From Candidatus Marinacidobacterales bacterium (GTDB lineage: Bacteria; Acidobacteriota; Vicinamibacteria; Marinacidobacterales; SMYC01): a DNA stretch of 64,000 nt. A program made the translations under genes and the position numbers. The DNA is taken from positions 1,504,001 to 1,568,000 of the forward strand of contig CBDCYI010000005.1 in the NCBI GenBank assembly GCA_965224085.1, written 5' to 3'. Every line of letters starts with the position of its first letter. The first letter of the stretch is position 1. Of the stretch, positions 31,845-41,059 are shown in pieces. The notes under the pieces were generated by a model. It searched no databases. It worked only from the letters and a program-made list of their open reading frames with translations, and was not told the origin of the DNA.

Positions 31845-33356
31845 CTAGCTTACTTTCTCTTTCTTACCTTTTCCCTGGGGCTCGCCGTCATCCGTCTTTC
31901 GTTCTGGAATCCGGACATCCGGATCGACGGCACGAGCTTGATCGAACGTCCGCTCGGCGCGCTCGCGCAGGCCCTCCTGGTCGTAGAGCTGTCCTAGCGA
32001 GATCAGGAAGCGTGGCTCCCACGGCTCGAGCTTGATCGCGATCTTCAGATTGGCCTCCGCGTCTTTGCGCCACCTGGGATTTTCAGCGAGGGCCCGCGCA
32101 AGAAGGTGATAGCGCGCGGGGATAGGCTCGCCATCGAGCTCGATCGACTCGCGGCAGAGCTCGATCGTTCTCCAAAAATCCGCCTCCCTGAACGCGCGCT
32201 TCGCTTGGTTGAAAAGGCCCGTCGCCCTTTCCGGATCTTTCGCCCGCTCCCATCCCGAAGGCTCCATTTTCTCCGAGGCAACGTTTTCCCATCCTTGCTT
32301 GCCTTCCTGGTATTGATTCTCGTGCTCATCGAGCTCGCTATAGACGTTGGCCGAGGTCTGCGATGAGAGCGTCAGGTAAGCTTCTTTGACACGCGTCCTC
32401 ACGAAAGAGAGCTTCTCTTGAAAAACTTCGTCGGCAACGTGCTCCCACTGTTCGGGATCGAAACGGTGAAAGAGCTCGCTATAGGCAGCCTCGACCGCAT
32501 GGTAGCCCACGTCACGCGCCAAGCCGAGGACTTGCCAGTGGTTCTGACACTGCATGTCGTTGTAGATAGCGATAAGCTCCCTCTCGAACGGATCCGAGCC
32601 TTCCGAGCTCTTCACGGGTTGCGGTCCGGCGACCGGCTCTTCCTGCGGTTTGCGCTCCGTGTGGGCTACGACGCCGGCCTGATGGAGCGCGATCAAGATG
32701 CGGATCGTCTGCTCTTCTTCGACCGGCGACGCGGTGACGATGTCGCGGACGGCATGGGCTCCGTCGACGAGGTCCAATATCGTCGCCTCACTCGTCGAAA
32801 GCTCCATCCCCGATGCGAGGGCTAGAGCGCCATCCGTCTGCGTGAGCAAGTAGTCGTCGAGCAAGATTTCGTCGCGATAGAACTTCAAGTCGGGAAGCCG
32901 CTGGACGGCCGTCAGAAATACCGCGCCGATCGAGATCGGTGAGAGCGTCGTCGCTTCGACTTCCAGAATCTCCGAGAAGACGAGCCGCGTGGACGGGGAC
33001 TTCAGAGCGGCGCAAGCGATGTCGAGAATTTGTACGCGGACATATTTTTCGATCTCGCCAGTCTTCAAGTAGCCGAGCTCGACAAGAATCGCCCCGAGTT
33101 TGCGCCCGGTGCGGACGAAGTCGAGGGCCTTGTCGAGCTCGGCCTCAGTGATGCGCCCCTCGCGGACGAGGACGGAGCCGAGCCGAGCTTCAGCAAGGTT
33201 CGACCGCGCGCCGACGAGATCCCCGTTCTCGAAGAAAACAAGACGCTTGGCTTCGGGGCTGTCACAAACAAGAGCCCCTTTTTTCGCGCCGTCGAACGCA
33301 CTCCGCATGGCGCGGGCGACTTTAGCATTGAACTCACTCAATAAGGGATCTCCCAA
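31845..33356 (-). CDS. DUF4388-like / degenerate J-domain / TPR protein
   Basis: RLGSVLVREGRIT, KLGAILVELG, NHWQVLGL..AY..FDPE, C-terminal TPRs. Confidence 0.7.
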   Translation of the reverse strand: MGDPLLSEFNAKVARAMRSAFDGAKKGALVCDSPEAKRLVFFENGDLVGARSNLAEARLGSVLVREGRITEAELDKALDFVRTGRKLGAILVELGYLKTGEIEKYVRVQILDIACAALKSPSTRLVFSEILEVEATTLSPISIGAVFLTAVQRLPDLKFYRDEILLDDYLLTQTDGALALASGMELSTSEATILDLVDGAHAVRDIVTASPVEEEQTIRILIALHQAGVVAHTERKPQEEPVAGPQPVKSSEGSDPFERELIAIYNDMQCQNHWQVLGLARDVGYHAVEAAYSELFHRFDPEQWEHVADEVFQEKLSFVRTRVKEAYLTLSSQTSANVYSELDEHENQYQEGKQGWENVASEKMEPSGWERAKDPERATGLFNQAKRAFREADFWRTIELCRESIELDGEPIPARYHLLARALAENPRWRKDAEANLKIAIKLEPWEPRFLISLGQLYDQEGLRERAERTFDQARAVDPDVRIPERKTDDGEPQGKGKKEKVS

Positions 33357-33481
33357 CCTCGACAGTGCAATTTCCGGGCCAGCAAGAGAGACCCACCGGC
33401 AGGATTAACCGTTTTGTTTTTTGTGAGATACGATTGCCAAGCGGTGGCGTCGCAAGCACGGTGGGGCGAAAGCCCCACACC

Positions 33482-33928
33482 TCAGTCGTTCGTCGCACGC
33501 CAGAGCTTCACGCGCTCCGGTGTGATCTTGATGACAGGGCGCTGGCCGATACCGGAGCTCTGGTATTGCGGGTATCGGGCGCGGAGCTTCCGCACGACCT
33601 CGGCATGCTCTTTCGCGAAGCGGCCCCGGGGAGACAGCGTCTCCGCCACTCCAGATATGAGAATATAGCAGAGGGCCGTCCAATCGGCCTCGTAGTGATC
33701 GATGACGAGCGAAACGGCCGGGTTTGCCTCGATATTGCGGAGCCGCTTCAAGCGTCCCCAAGAGACACTCTTTCGTTTCTCGTCGATCGGCGAGTAGAAA
33801 TAGCCGTCGAGGAGCACGAAACAAACAGGCACGACCGATGGACGACCACGTGCATCGGCCGTCGCGAGGCGCGCCACGAGCTGTCGTTTCACGAAGGCAA
33901 CCACTTCGGGCTCGATGGCGACAGGCAT
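33482..33928 (-). CDS. PPOX-class (Rv0121-like) probable F420-dependent oxidoreductase
   Basis: VARLATAD..P.VVPVCF, IDEKRK, LKRLRNIEANPAVSLVIDHYEADW, RYPQY. Confidence 0.85.
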   Translation of the reverse strand: MPVAIEPEVVAFVKRQLVARLATADARGRPSVVPVCFVLLDGYFYSPIDEKRKSVSWGRLKRLRNIEANPAVSLVIDHYEADWTALCYILISGVAETLSPRGRFAKEHAEVVRKLRARYPQYQSSGIGQRPVIKITPERVKLWRATND

Positions 33929-34068
33929 GGACTTGAGTGCCTATAATGGCGACGCGGCGACGCGACGTCAATGAGAAGCTCGAGAGAAGCGAGAAAGAGT
34001 TGGCGCGGCAAACGAACGCTTGCCCGTGGCCGCGAGTCGTTTTGGAGCCCGTTGAACATTTGTTCGAG

Positions 34069-34491
34069 ATGAGACGTTTTGGGTCCTTGGCCGCTTTTGC
34101 ACTCGCGGTGGTCATCGATGCTAGCGGTTGTGCTGGCGGAGGGAGCCCCATGCCTACAGGCCCTTCAGCGGTCTTGGCCGAAGTCGAGTTCGCGTACGAG
34201 GCTATCTCTTCGTCCACGGACACATTGTCCACCGAGGACCTCGGGTGCTCCGGCGTCGCGCGCATCTATCCGAGTTGGTGGGGCTTCACCCACGCGACGA
34301 TGATCCCGGCCGGGCCGGGAAATTGGGCGGCGCTATTCGAGGATGTCCCCGTCGGCCAGCAATCGGTTAGCATCGAGCCACCCATCGGCTGTGCCACCAC
34401 GGGTCTCACGGCGAACGCCTTGCCGTTGAAACTTGCGGAGAACGGCGCGTTCACGTTCACCGTCCACCCCGACGGCAGTGTCACCGACTGA
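34069..34491 (+). CDS. Hypothetical lipoprotein
   Basis: Hydrophobic signal with ASGC lipobox-like motif. Confidence 0.55.
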   Translation: MRRFGSLAAFALAVVIDASGCAGGGSPMPTGPSAVLAEVEFAYEAISSSTDTLSTEDLGCSGVARIYPSWWGFTHATMIPAGPGNWAALFEDVPVGQQSVSIEPPIGCATTGLTANALPLKLAENGAFTFTVHPDGSVTD

Positions 34492-35311
34492 AACGACCGC
34501 GACCGTCTCGGTCGTGATCCCAACTTGCAATCGCGCCGATCTCATCCTGCGCGCGCTCGCGTCGGTACGCGCTCAGACGCGGCCCCCCACCGAAATCCTC
34601 GTCGTAGATGACGGCTCGACCGACGCGACGGTCGATCGTGTCCGCGCCTCGTTTCCCGAGGTGACGCTTCTAGAGCAAGAAAACACAGGTGTCAGTGCGG
34701 CCCGCAATGCCGGAATACAAAAAGCGCGCGGATCTTTCATTGCGCTCCTCGACTCCGACGACGAGTGGCTACCGCAAAAACTAGACCGTCAACTCGGCGC
34801 CATGCAACACGACAACGACACCTTCCTGTGCCACACGGACGAGACCTGGATCCGTGATGGCCGCCGCGTCAACCCGATGAAAAAGCACCAAAAATATGGC
34901 GGGCGCATCTTCGAGCGCTGTCTCCCACGCTGTTTGATCTCGCCCTCCTCCGTGCTTTTGCATCGAAACGTGTTCGAGACGATCGGCCTGTTCGACGAAA
35001 ACCTTCCTGTTTGTGAGGACTACGATCTGTGGCTGCGCGTGACGGCGCGCTATCCCGTTGTCTATCTCGACGAGCCCCTCATCGTGAAATATGGCGGTCA
35101 CGCGGACCAGCTGTCGCACAAATATTGGGGTATGGATCGGTTTCGCATCGCGGCGCTCCTAAAGATCCTCGCAAGCGACGCGCTCGGCGAGCGCGAGCAA
35201 GCTGCCGCGCAAGCCATGCTGGCGAGCAAGATCGCGATTTACGCGCACGGGGCGCGCAAGCGCGGTAAACACGCCGAAGCCGAGCGCTACGAGCAAAGGC
35301 TCGCACGATGA
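34478..35311 (+). CDS. Glycosyltransferase family 2
   Basis: VSVVIPT, VVDDGSTD, GVSAARN, LDSDD, EDYDLWLR. Confidence 0.93.
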   Translation: MSPTETTATVSVVIPTCNRADLILRALASVRAQTRPPTEILVVDDGSTDATVDRVRASFPEVTLLEQENTGVSAARNAGIQKARGSFIALLDSDDEWLPQKLDRQLGAMQHDNDTFLCHTDETWIRDGRRVNPMKKHQKYGGRIFERCLPRCLISPSSVLLHRNVFETIGLFDENLPVCEDYDLWLRVTARYPVVYLDEPLIVKYGGHADQLSHKYWGMDRFRIAALLKILASDALGEREQAAAQAMLASKIAIYAHGARKRGKHAEAERYEQRLAR

Positions 35312-36123
35312 TCGCCTTCGTCACGGCGGTCGCATCGGAGGCGCGGCCGCTTATCGAGCACTACCGCATGGAGCCTCTCGAGGGCGCGTTTCGTCTCTTC
35401 GGGTCCGAAGGCTACAGGCTCGTCATTTCCGGGATCGGTAAAGTCGCAGCCGCCGCGGCGACGGGTTACGTGCACGCGCGCTCTGGCGAAGCACCTTACG
35501 GAGTCTTCTTGAACGTCGGGATCGCCGGCCATCGAAGCCGCGCGCCCGGAGAGATCTTCCAGACCCACACAGTCCTGGATGCAGCGACGAACGCGGTTTA
35601 CTACCCGACGCTTCTCGGGTTCAAAGAGCTCGAAGGCGCGGCGCTCACGACCGTCGACACGGCTGAGCACGAATTTTCAGCAGACACGCTGTACGACATG
35701 GAAGCCTCCGCGTTCTACGCTGCCGCACTTCGCTTCTCCACTTCGGAGTTCGTCCAATGCCTCAAAGTCGTGAGCGACAATCGCAAGACGGGCACTGGGG
35801 GTGACGGCCTTTCGAAGGAGCACGTGTCGGAGCTCATCGGCACCCATCTGCCGATCATCGACCGATTTGCGGCGCACTCGCTAGCACTCGCCGCGGAGCT
35901 CGACCCGCTGCGGCGACACCCGGAGTCGCTCGAAGGCTTCCAAAATCGGTGGCGGTTCACAACGAGCGAGAAACGTCAGCTCTCCAGGCTCCTGACCCGT
36001 TGTCTCGCCCTCGGCGACCGGCCGCGTCCCGAAGACTACGACGCCGTCCCCAAAGCGTCGATCGTGTTGCGCGAGCTCGATGGACGCGCGCGGGCTTTGG
36101 CTCTCGAAGAGCATGGGTTCTGA
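35308..36123 (+). CDS. Nucleoside phosphorylase/MTAN-like protein
   Basis: SGIGKVAAA, NVGIAG, DMEASA, KVVSD; ATGA-coupled to the GT2 gene. Confidence 0.8.
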   Translation: MIAFVTAVASEARPLIEHYRMEPLEGAFRLFGSEGYRLVISGIGKVAAAAATGYVHARSGEAPYGVFLNVGIAGHRSRAPGEIFQTHTVLDAATNAVYYPTLLGFKELEGAALTTVDTAEHEFSADTLYDMEASAFYAAALRFSTSEFVQCLKVVSDNRKTGTGGDGLSKEHVSELIGTHLPIIDRFAAHSLALAAELDPLRRHPESLEGFQNRWRFTTSEKRQLSRLLTRCLALGDRPRPEDYDAVPKASIVLRELDGRARALALEEHGF

Positions 36124-36126
36124 CGC

Positions 36127-36849
36127 GTGCCGCTGGATTTGATCGGAGCCTCCGCAGTCGTCATGGCGGGAGCGATCCTTCAAGGCTCAGTGGGTTTCGG
36201 TCTCGGCATGCTAGCCGCTCCGCTTCTCGTCTTGATCGATCCCAAGCTCGTGCCGGCGCCGCTTCTTCTCGCCGTGCTTGCGCTCACCCTTCTTGTCGCG
36301 TTCGGCGAGCGCGACTCGATCGACCTGAAGGGCGTTGGCTGGGCACTCGTCGGGCGTATCCCTGGAACCTTGATAGGTGCTGCCACGCTGACGGTGGCGT
36401 CACGAGACGCCACGACCATCCTCGTCGGTATCTTCGTCTTCGTTGCCATCGGCCTCATTGGCTCGGGCGTGAACCTCTCGCGAACACCGCCCGTGCTCTT
36501 TTTTGCGGGCACTTTGTCCGGGTTCATGGGAACGACGACGTCGATCGGGGGGCCTCCCATCGTGGCGCTGTATCACAATGAACCAGGCGCCGAAATACGC
36601 GCGACGATGGCCAGCTTTTTCATGGTCGGCCTCGTCGTGTCGCTGAGCGCGCTCGCCTTCGTGGGCCGCTTCGGGATCGAGGAGCTCTATGCCGGCGGCT
36701 TTCTTCTCCCTGGGGTCATCGCAGGCTTCGCGCTCTCGCGACGGATCACGCCTACCCTCGATCGCGGCTATACGCGGATCGCCGTGTTCTCAGTTTCCGC
36801 GCTCGCGGGCCTTTCGGTCATCGTCCAGGTGCTGGACAAAAATTCGTGA
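36127..36849 (+). CDS. TauE/SafE-family membrane transporter
   Basis: QGSVGFGLG, GRIPG, SIGGPP; multiple TM segments. Confidence 0.88.
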   Translation: MPLDLIGASAVVMAGAILQGSVGFGLGMLAAPLLVLIDPKLVPAPLLLAVLALTLLVAFGERDSIDLKGVGWALVGRIPGTLIGAATLTVASRDATTILVGIFVFVAIGLIGSGVNLSRTPPVLFFAGTLSGFMGTTTSIGGPPIVALYHNEPGAEIRATMASFFMVGLVVSLSALAFVGRFGIEELYAGGFLLPGVIAGFALSRRITPTLDRGYTRIAVFSVSALAGLSVIVQVLDKNS

Positions 36850-37835
36850 TCGAGACGATTTATGTCGAAGAGGCGCAACGCGCGCATCCCCGGGTGCGCA
36901 CCATCCTCGCACGCTTCGCAAAAGCGACGATCGTACCCATCACGCGCTACGGCGAAGTCTTCAACCGCAACCAACAAAGCTTCCGGCTTCAAAAAAAACA
37001 CCCATCTCTGATCCTCGCCGAGAAAAAGAGCAACCAAGTCCTACCCGCTCCCGAAGGCTACGGCATCGGAAGCGCCGCAAACTTCTATTTTTCGCACGTG
37101 CTCAACTGCCTCTACGACTGCCGCTATTGTTTTCTTCAAGGGATGTTCCGCTCGGCGCATTACGTTCTCTTCGTGAACTATGAGGACTTCCAGCAGAGAA
37201 TCGCCGAAACGGTCGAGGCACATCCAGGGGAAGACGTCTACTTCTTTTCCGGCTATGACGGCGACAGCCTCGCGCTCGAGAGCATCACTGGTTTCGTCGA
37301 AGCGTTCGTGCCCTTCATGGCGCGGCATCCGCGCGCGGTTCTCGAGCTGCGCACCAAATCCGCAGCGGTGCAGCCGCTGCTCGACCATGAGCCCCTCGAA
37401 AACGTCGTCGTGGCTTTCAGCTTCACTCCCGACGCCGCCAGCGAAGCGCTCGAGCACGGCGTGCCTCCCATTACTGTACGTCTAAAGGCGATGGCCCGCC
37501 TCGCCGAAAAGGGCTTCCGACTCGGGCTGCGTTTCGATCCGTTGCTCTACGTCAAAGACTACCGGGATCACTATCGTGGTCTTTTCCATAGCGTGCTGGG
37601 CGCCATCGACGTGGACGCGCTCCACTCGGTGAGCTTCGGGCCGTTCAGGATGCCGCGCGATTATTTCCAGCGCATGCGAAAACTCTATCCCGAGGAGAAG
37701 CTCTTTGCGGGTCCGCTCGAAGAGTCGCAGGTGGTGTCCTATCCGAGCGAGCTCGAGGCCGAGATGCGCGCGTTTTGCGAAGAGGAGCTGTCGCAGCTCG
37801 TGCCCGCGTCTATCCTCTTCCCGTGTCGTGTTTAA
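36846..37835 (+). CDS. Spore photoproduct lyase-like radical SAM protein
   Basis: NCLYDCRYCFLQG (CxxxCxxC), ELRTKS, GLRFDP. Confidence 0.88.
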   Translation: MIETIYVEEAQRAHPRVRTILARFAKATIVPITRYGEVFNRNQQSFRLQKKHPSLILAEKKSNQVLPAPEGYGIGSAANFYFSHVLNCLYDCRYCFLQGMFRSAHYVLFVNYEDFQQRIAETVEAHPGEDVYFFSGYDGDSLALESITGFVEAFVPFMARHPRAVLELRTKSAAVQPLLDHEPLENVVVAFSFTPDAASEALEHGVPPITVRLKAMARLAEKGFRLGLRFDPLLYVKDYRDHYRGLFHSVLGAIDVDALHSVSFGPFRMPRDYFQRMRKLYPEEKLFAGPLEESQVVSYPSELEAEMRAFCEEELSQLVPASILFPCRV

Positions 37836-37952
37836 CGGGAGTGTCCGCGGCAGAACAAAAAACTGTCCTAAAGCGTACAGATCCTTTACGGGCTATACCA
37901 CATTACAATCCATAACTGATTTGTTTTCAGTATTTTGCACAAATTGAATCGG

Positions 37953-37968
37953 TGGCATGGAAGTTGTA
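37953..37968 (+). promoter_or_regulatory. Possible sigma-54 promoter
   Basis: TGGCATG-GAAG-TTGT with an imperfect -12 element, in an AT-rich intergenic region. Confidence 0.4.
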
Positions 37969-37983
37969 TAGGTCTACCCTATC

Positions 37984-38265
37984 GTGAGAGACCAACCGGG
38001 ACCGTGGGCCGCGATCGCGCTGGTTCTGCTGGCCGTTTTGTCAACGCCAGCGGCGGCTCAAGTCGACCTCATATGCCCCGGTTGTGAAGCGGCTTCCGTT
38101 CTTCGTCTCTCCGAGGTACTCGATCTCGTTTTTGGGACGCTGCTCCGGCAAGGCATTGCGCTCTTGCTCGTAGGTTCAGTAGCCGTCGTCGCGCTCCCGT
38201 GGACCATCGCCGCAGCGGCCATGGCAGTCATTTACGTCCCCCGCCGGCTCAAGCCTTCGTCTTGA
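37984..38265 (+). CDS. Small hypothetical membrane/secreted protein
   Basis: Signal peptide ending AAA-Q, CPGC motif, C-terminal hydrophobic segment. Confidence 0.45.
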   Translation: MRDQPGPWAAIALVLLAVLSTPAAAQVDLICPGCEAASVLRLSEVLDLVFGTLLRQGIALLLVGSVAVVALPWTIAAAAMAVIYVPRRLKPSS

Positions 38266-38269
38266 CGGC

Positions 38270-38425
38270 TTGGAAGCGCTCGAAGAGCTCGGCGTGACCG
38301 TACTCGGGAGCGAATATGGGGAGCGTGTGGAGCTCTCCTTGCGCCTGCCGGAAGACCGGTGGCTCCAAATCTCGAAATCCCTTCTCGAGCGGACAAGTGG
38401 GCGCGCGAAACTCGTTGCGGTATAG
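38270..38425 (+). pseudogene. Orphan C-terminal fragment resembling the YigZ/IMPACT C-domain
   Basis: Manual translation ALEELGVTVLGSEYGERVELSLRLPEDRWLQISKSLLERTSGRA; no N-terminal domain. Confidence 0.5.
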
Positions 38426-38485
38426 TTAGGCGCTCCGCGCTACCGTTGCTAGCTCAGTGCTAGCCCCGAATCGACAGGAGACCAC

Positions 38486-39013
38486 ATGAAGAGCTACCTC
38501 CCCTTCGTTTTTGCGCTCGGAACCGCCCTTTGCTGGGGCCTCTACGGCCCGACGCTCGGCAAGGCACGGCTCGCCGACGCCTCCCTCTCGCCGTTCAAGC
38601 CCTATGTCGGGATCGGCATCGCCTATCTCGTCATCGCCATCGTGGGCGGGCTCATCGGGATGTGGTACAAGGGCGATAGCTTCGAGCCGACGGGGGCCAG
38701 TGGGCTCTGGGGACTCGCCGCCGGCACGCTCGGAGCTCTCGGCGCGTTGAGTCTCACATTGTGCATGTTCAGCGGCGGCGCGCGCATCCCCCATGCGGTG
38801 ATGCCCGTCGTCTTCGGCGGAGCTGTGACCATCACAGCGCTTTATACGATCTATTCGTCCGGGGGTAGGCTTCAGGCAAGCCCCTTTCTTTGGCTCGGCA
38901 TCGTCGGCATGCTCGCCTCTGTCGTCGTGATTACGATGAACACCCCCCATGCGCCGCCGAGTGGCGGAGCCACTCAGCACAGTCCGGCGGAAAGCGCTGA
39001 ATCGGAACATTGA
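38486..39013 (+). CDS. Conserved hypothetical membrane protein
   Basis: AGGAG RBS; about 5 TM segments, LCWGLYGP, VMPVVFGGA. Confidence 0.75.
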   Translation: MKSYLPFVFALGTALCWGLYGPTLGKARLADASLSPFKPYVGIGIAYLVIAIVGGLIGMWYKGDSFEPTGASGLWGLAAGTLGALGALSLTLCMFSGGARIPHAVMPVVFGGAVTITALYTIYSSGGRLQASPFLWLGIVGMLASVVVITMNTPHAPPSGGATQHSPAESAESEH

Positions 39014-39672
39014 GCGAGCGGCGCAACCTCTACTGCTGGTTCGACACCGAATATACCCGTCTCGAGCTCGAAACCGCGCAGCTCCTCGAGGTCGCCCTCA
39101 TCGTGACGGACACCGAGCTCCGTCCGATCCCGCAGCGACCCAAGGCTATTCCGCAGGAGCTTGTGAGGCGTGACGGCTTCACCGCCTGCTTGACGCTGCC
39201 GCCCCAAGCAGAGATCTCGGAACACGTGCTCGAGAACTATCAACCGCTTCTCGCGCGCTGCAAGAGTGAGGGTCTTCCGGTCTCCGAGATCGAGCGCTAT
39301 CTTGCGCTCTACATGGACGCGTTTCCGGAGACGCGCGATGAAGACATCCGATCGCGACCGGTCATCGCCGGCAACAGTATCTACGCCGACTACTTCCTGG
39401 CGCGAAAATTTCTACCCGAGTTCCTGTCCCATCTGAGCTACCGGCATCTTGACGTCACCTCGCTGAAGATCGAATGGACGTTTCATCATCGTGGTCCGCG
39501 ATTCGAAAAGATGGGTCACCCAGACAAGATCAAAGCCTATTATCGGGGCCAAGACGACATCGTCGGCGACAAGCACGATGCTTATTTCGACGTGCAGGCG
39601 TCAATGGCCGAGCTCGCCTATTACCGGTCACGGTTTAGGCGCATTGAGAGTGACGAGGGACGCGTGAAATGA
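39010..39672 (+). CDS. orn: Oligoribonuclease-like DEDDh exonuclease
   Basis: WFDTE, AGNSI..D, LSYRHLDVTSLK, HDA..D..S..EL.YYR. Confidence 0.8.
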   Translation: MSERRNLYCWFDTEYTRLELETAQLLEVALIVTDTELRPIPQRPKAIPQELVRRDGFTACLTLPPQAEISEHVLENYQPLLARCKSEGLPVSEIERYLALYMDAFPETRDEDIRSRPVIAGNSIYADYFLARKFLPEFLSHLSYRHLDVTSLKIEWTFHHRGPRFEKMGHPDKIKAYYRGQDDIVGDKHDAYFDVQASMAELAYYRSRFRRIESDEGRVK

Positions 39673-41051
39673 ACATCATCGACGAGCGCCACGAAACGTC
39701 GATACCGCTTCGCCCGATCCAAAAGGACGCGCTATCGAGCTGGCTCGAAACCCAGCCCGCCGCAGTGAAGCGATGGGTCGAGAGTCTGGGGTTCGAAGCG
39801 AGCGCAGCGAACGCCGGACGGAGTCTGGCGATCCCGGACGAGCACGGCAATATTCGCGAAGTGCTCTTTCTCGTCGGCGACAGCTTGTGGGACTGGTCGA
39901 CGCTTCCAAACGATCTTCCCGCCCATGCTTACCACGTCGATGCAGAGCTCACAGAAGACGAATCGAACCGCGCGGCCCTCGGTTGGGCGCTCGGCACGTA
40001 TCGCTTCGATCGCATGCGCGCCTCCAAAGAGAAAGAGCACGGCGAGCTCGCATGGCCCGAGGGATGCGATCGAGCTCACGTAGAATCCGTGGCCCGCGCG
40101 ACTTTTCTCGTGCGCGACCTCATCAACACACCCGCCTCCGACATGGGACCGGCCGATCTCGCCGAGTCTGCGAAAGCCGCGGCGGATGACGGCGGGGCAA
40201 CGACTCGCATCCTCGTCGGCGAGAAGCTCCTCGACAAAGGATTCCCCGCGATCCACGCGGTTGGTCGCGCCGCAGCGCCCGACCGTGCCCCGCGCCTCAT
40301 CGATTTCACTTGGGGGGACGGCGAAAGTCCCAAGGTGACGCTCGTCGGTAAAGGCGTGTGCTTCGACAGCGGCGGACTCGATTTGAAGCCGGCCGCCAAC
40401 ATGAAGCTCATGAAAAAGGACATGGGCGGTGGCGCGCATGTCCTTGGGCTCGCGAGCATGATCATGGACGCAAAGCTTCCCGTGCGTCTGCGGGTGCTCA
40501 TCCCTGCTGTCGAGAACAGCGTGAGCAGCGACGCCTTGCGACCGCTCGACGTCGTGCCCACCCGCAAAGGCATCAGCATCGAGATTGGCAACACGGATGC
40601 CGAAGGTCGCGTCATTCTGGCGGACGCGCTCGCAGAGGCATCGAGCGACGAGCCGGATTTGATCGTGGACTTCGCAACGCTGACGGGCGCCGCTCGAGTG
40701 GCGCTCGGCACCGAGCTCCCGGCGTTCTACACGAACGATGACGACATCGCCGAAGCGCTCGCCAAGCACGGCACCCACGTGTCGGACCCACTCTGGCGCA
40801 TGCCGCTATTTAAGCCCTACCGCAAGCTCATCGACGGCAAAGTCGCCGACATCACGAACTCTGCCAACACATCACTCGGTGGCTCGATCACGGCCGCCTT
40901 GTTCCTTCAAGAGTTCGTCGAGCCCGAGATCCCGTGGGTGCATATCGACCTGATGGCCTGGAACACGAGCTCGCGCCCCGGCCGACCGGAGGGTGGTGAA
41001 GCGATGGGGATGCGCGCCGTCTACGCGCTCATCGCCGAGCGTTTCACTTGA
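39669..41051 (+). CDS. M17 leucyl aminopeptidase
   Basis: VGKGVCFDSGGLDLK, MKKDMGG, NTDAEGR, ATLTGA. Confidence 0.95.
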   Translation: MNIIDERHETSIPLRPIQKDALSSWLETQPAAVKRWVESLGFEASAANAGRSLAIPDEHGNIREVLFLVGDSLWDWSTLPNDLPAHAYHVDAELTEDESNRAALGWALGTYRFDRMRASKEKEHGELAWPEGCDRAHVESVARATFLVRDLINTPASDMGPADLAESAKAAADDGGATTRILVGEKLLDKGFPAIHAVGRAAAPDRAPRLIDFTWGDGESPKVTLVGKGVCFDSGGLDLKPAANMKLMKKDMGGGAHVLGLASMIMDAKLPVRLRVLIPAVENSVSSDALRPLDVVPTRKGISIEIGNTDAEGRVILADALAEASSDEPDLIVDFATLTGAARVALGTELPAFYTNDDDIAEALAKHGTHVSDPLWRMPLFKPYRKLIDGKVADITNSANTSLGGSITAALFLQEFVEPEIPWVHIDLMAWNTSSRPGRPEGGEAMGMRAVYALIAERFT

Positions 41052-41059
41052 GAAAGCGT

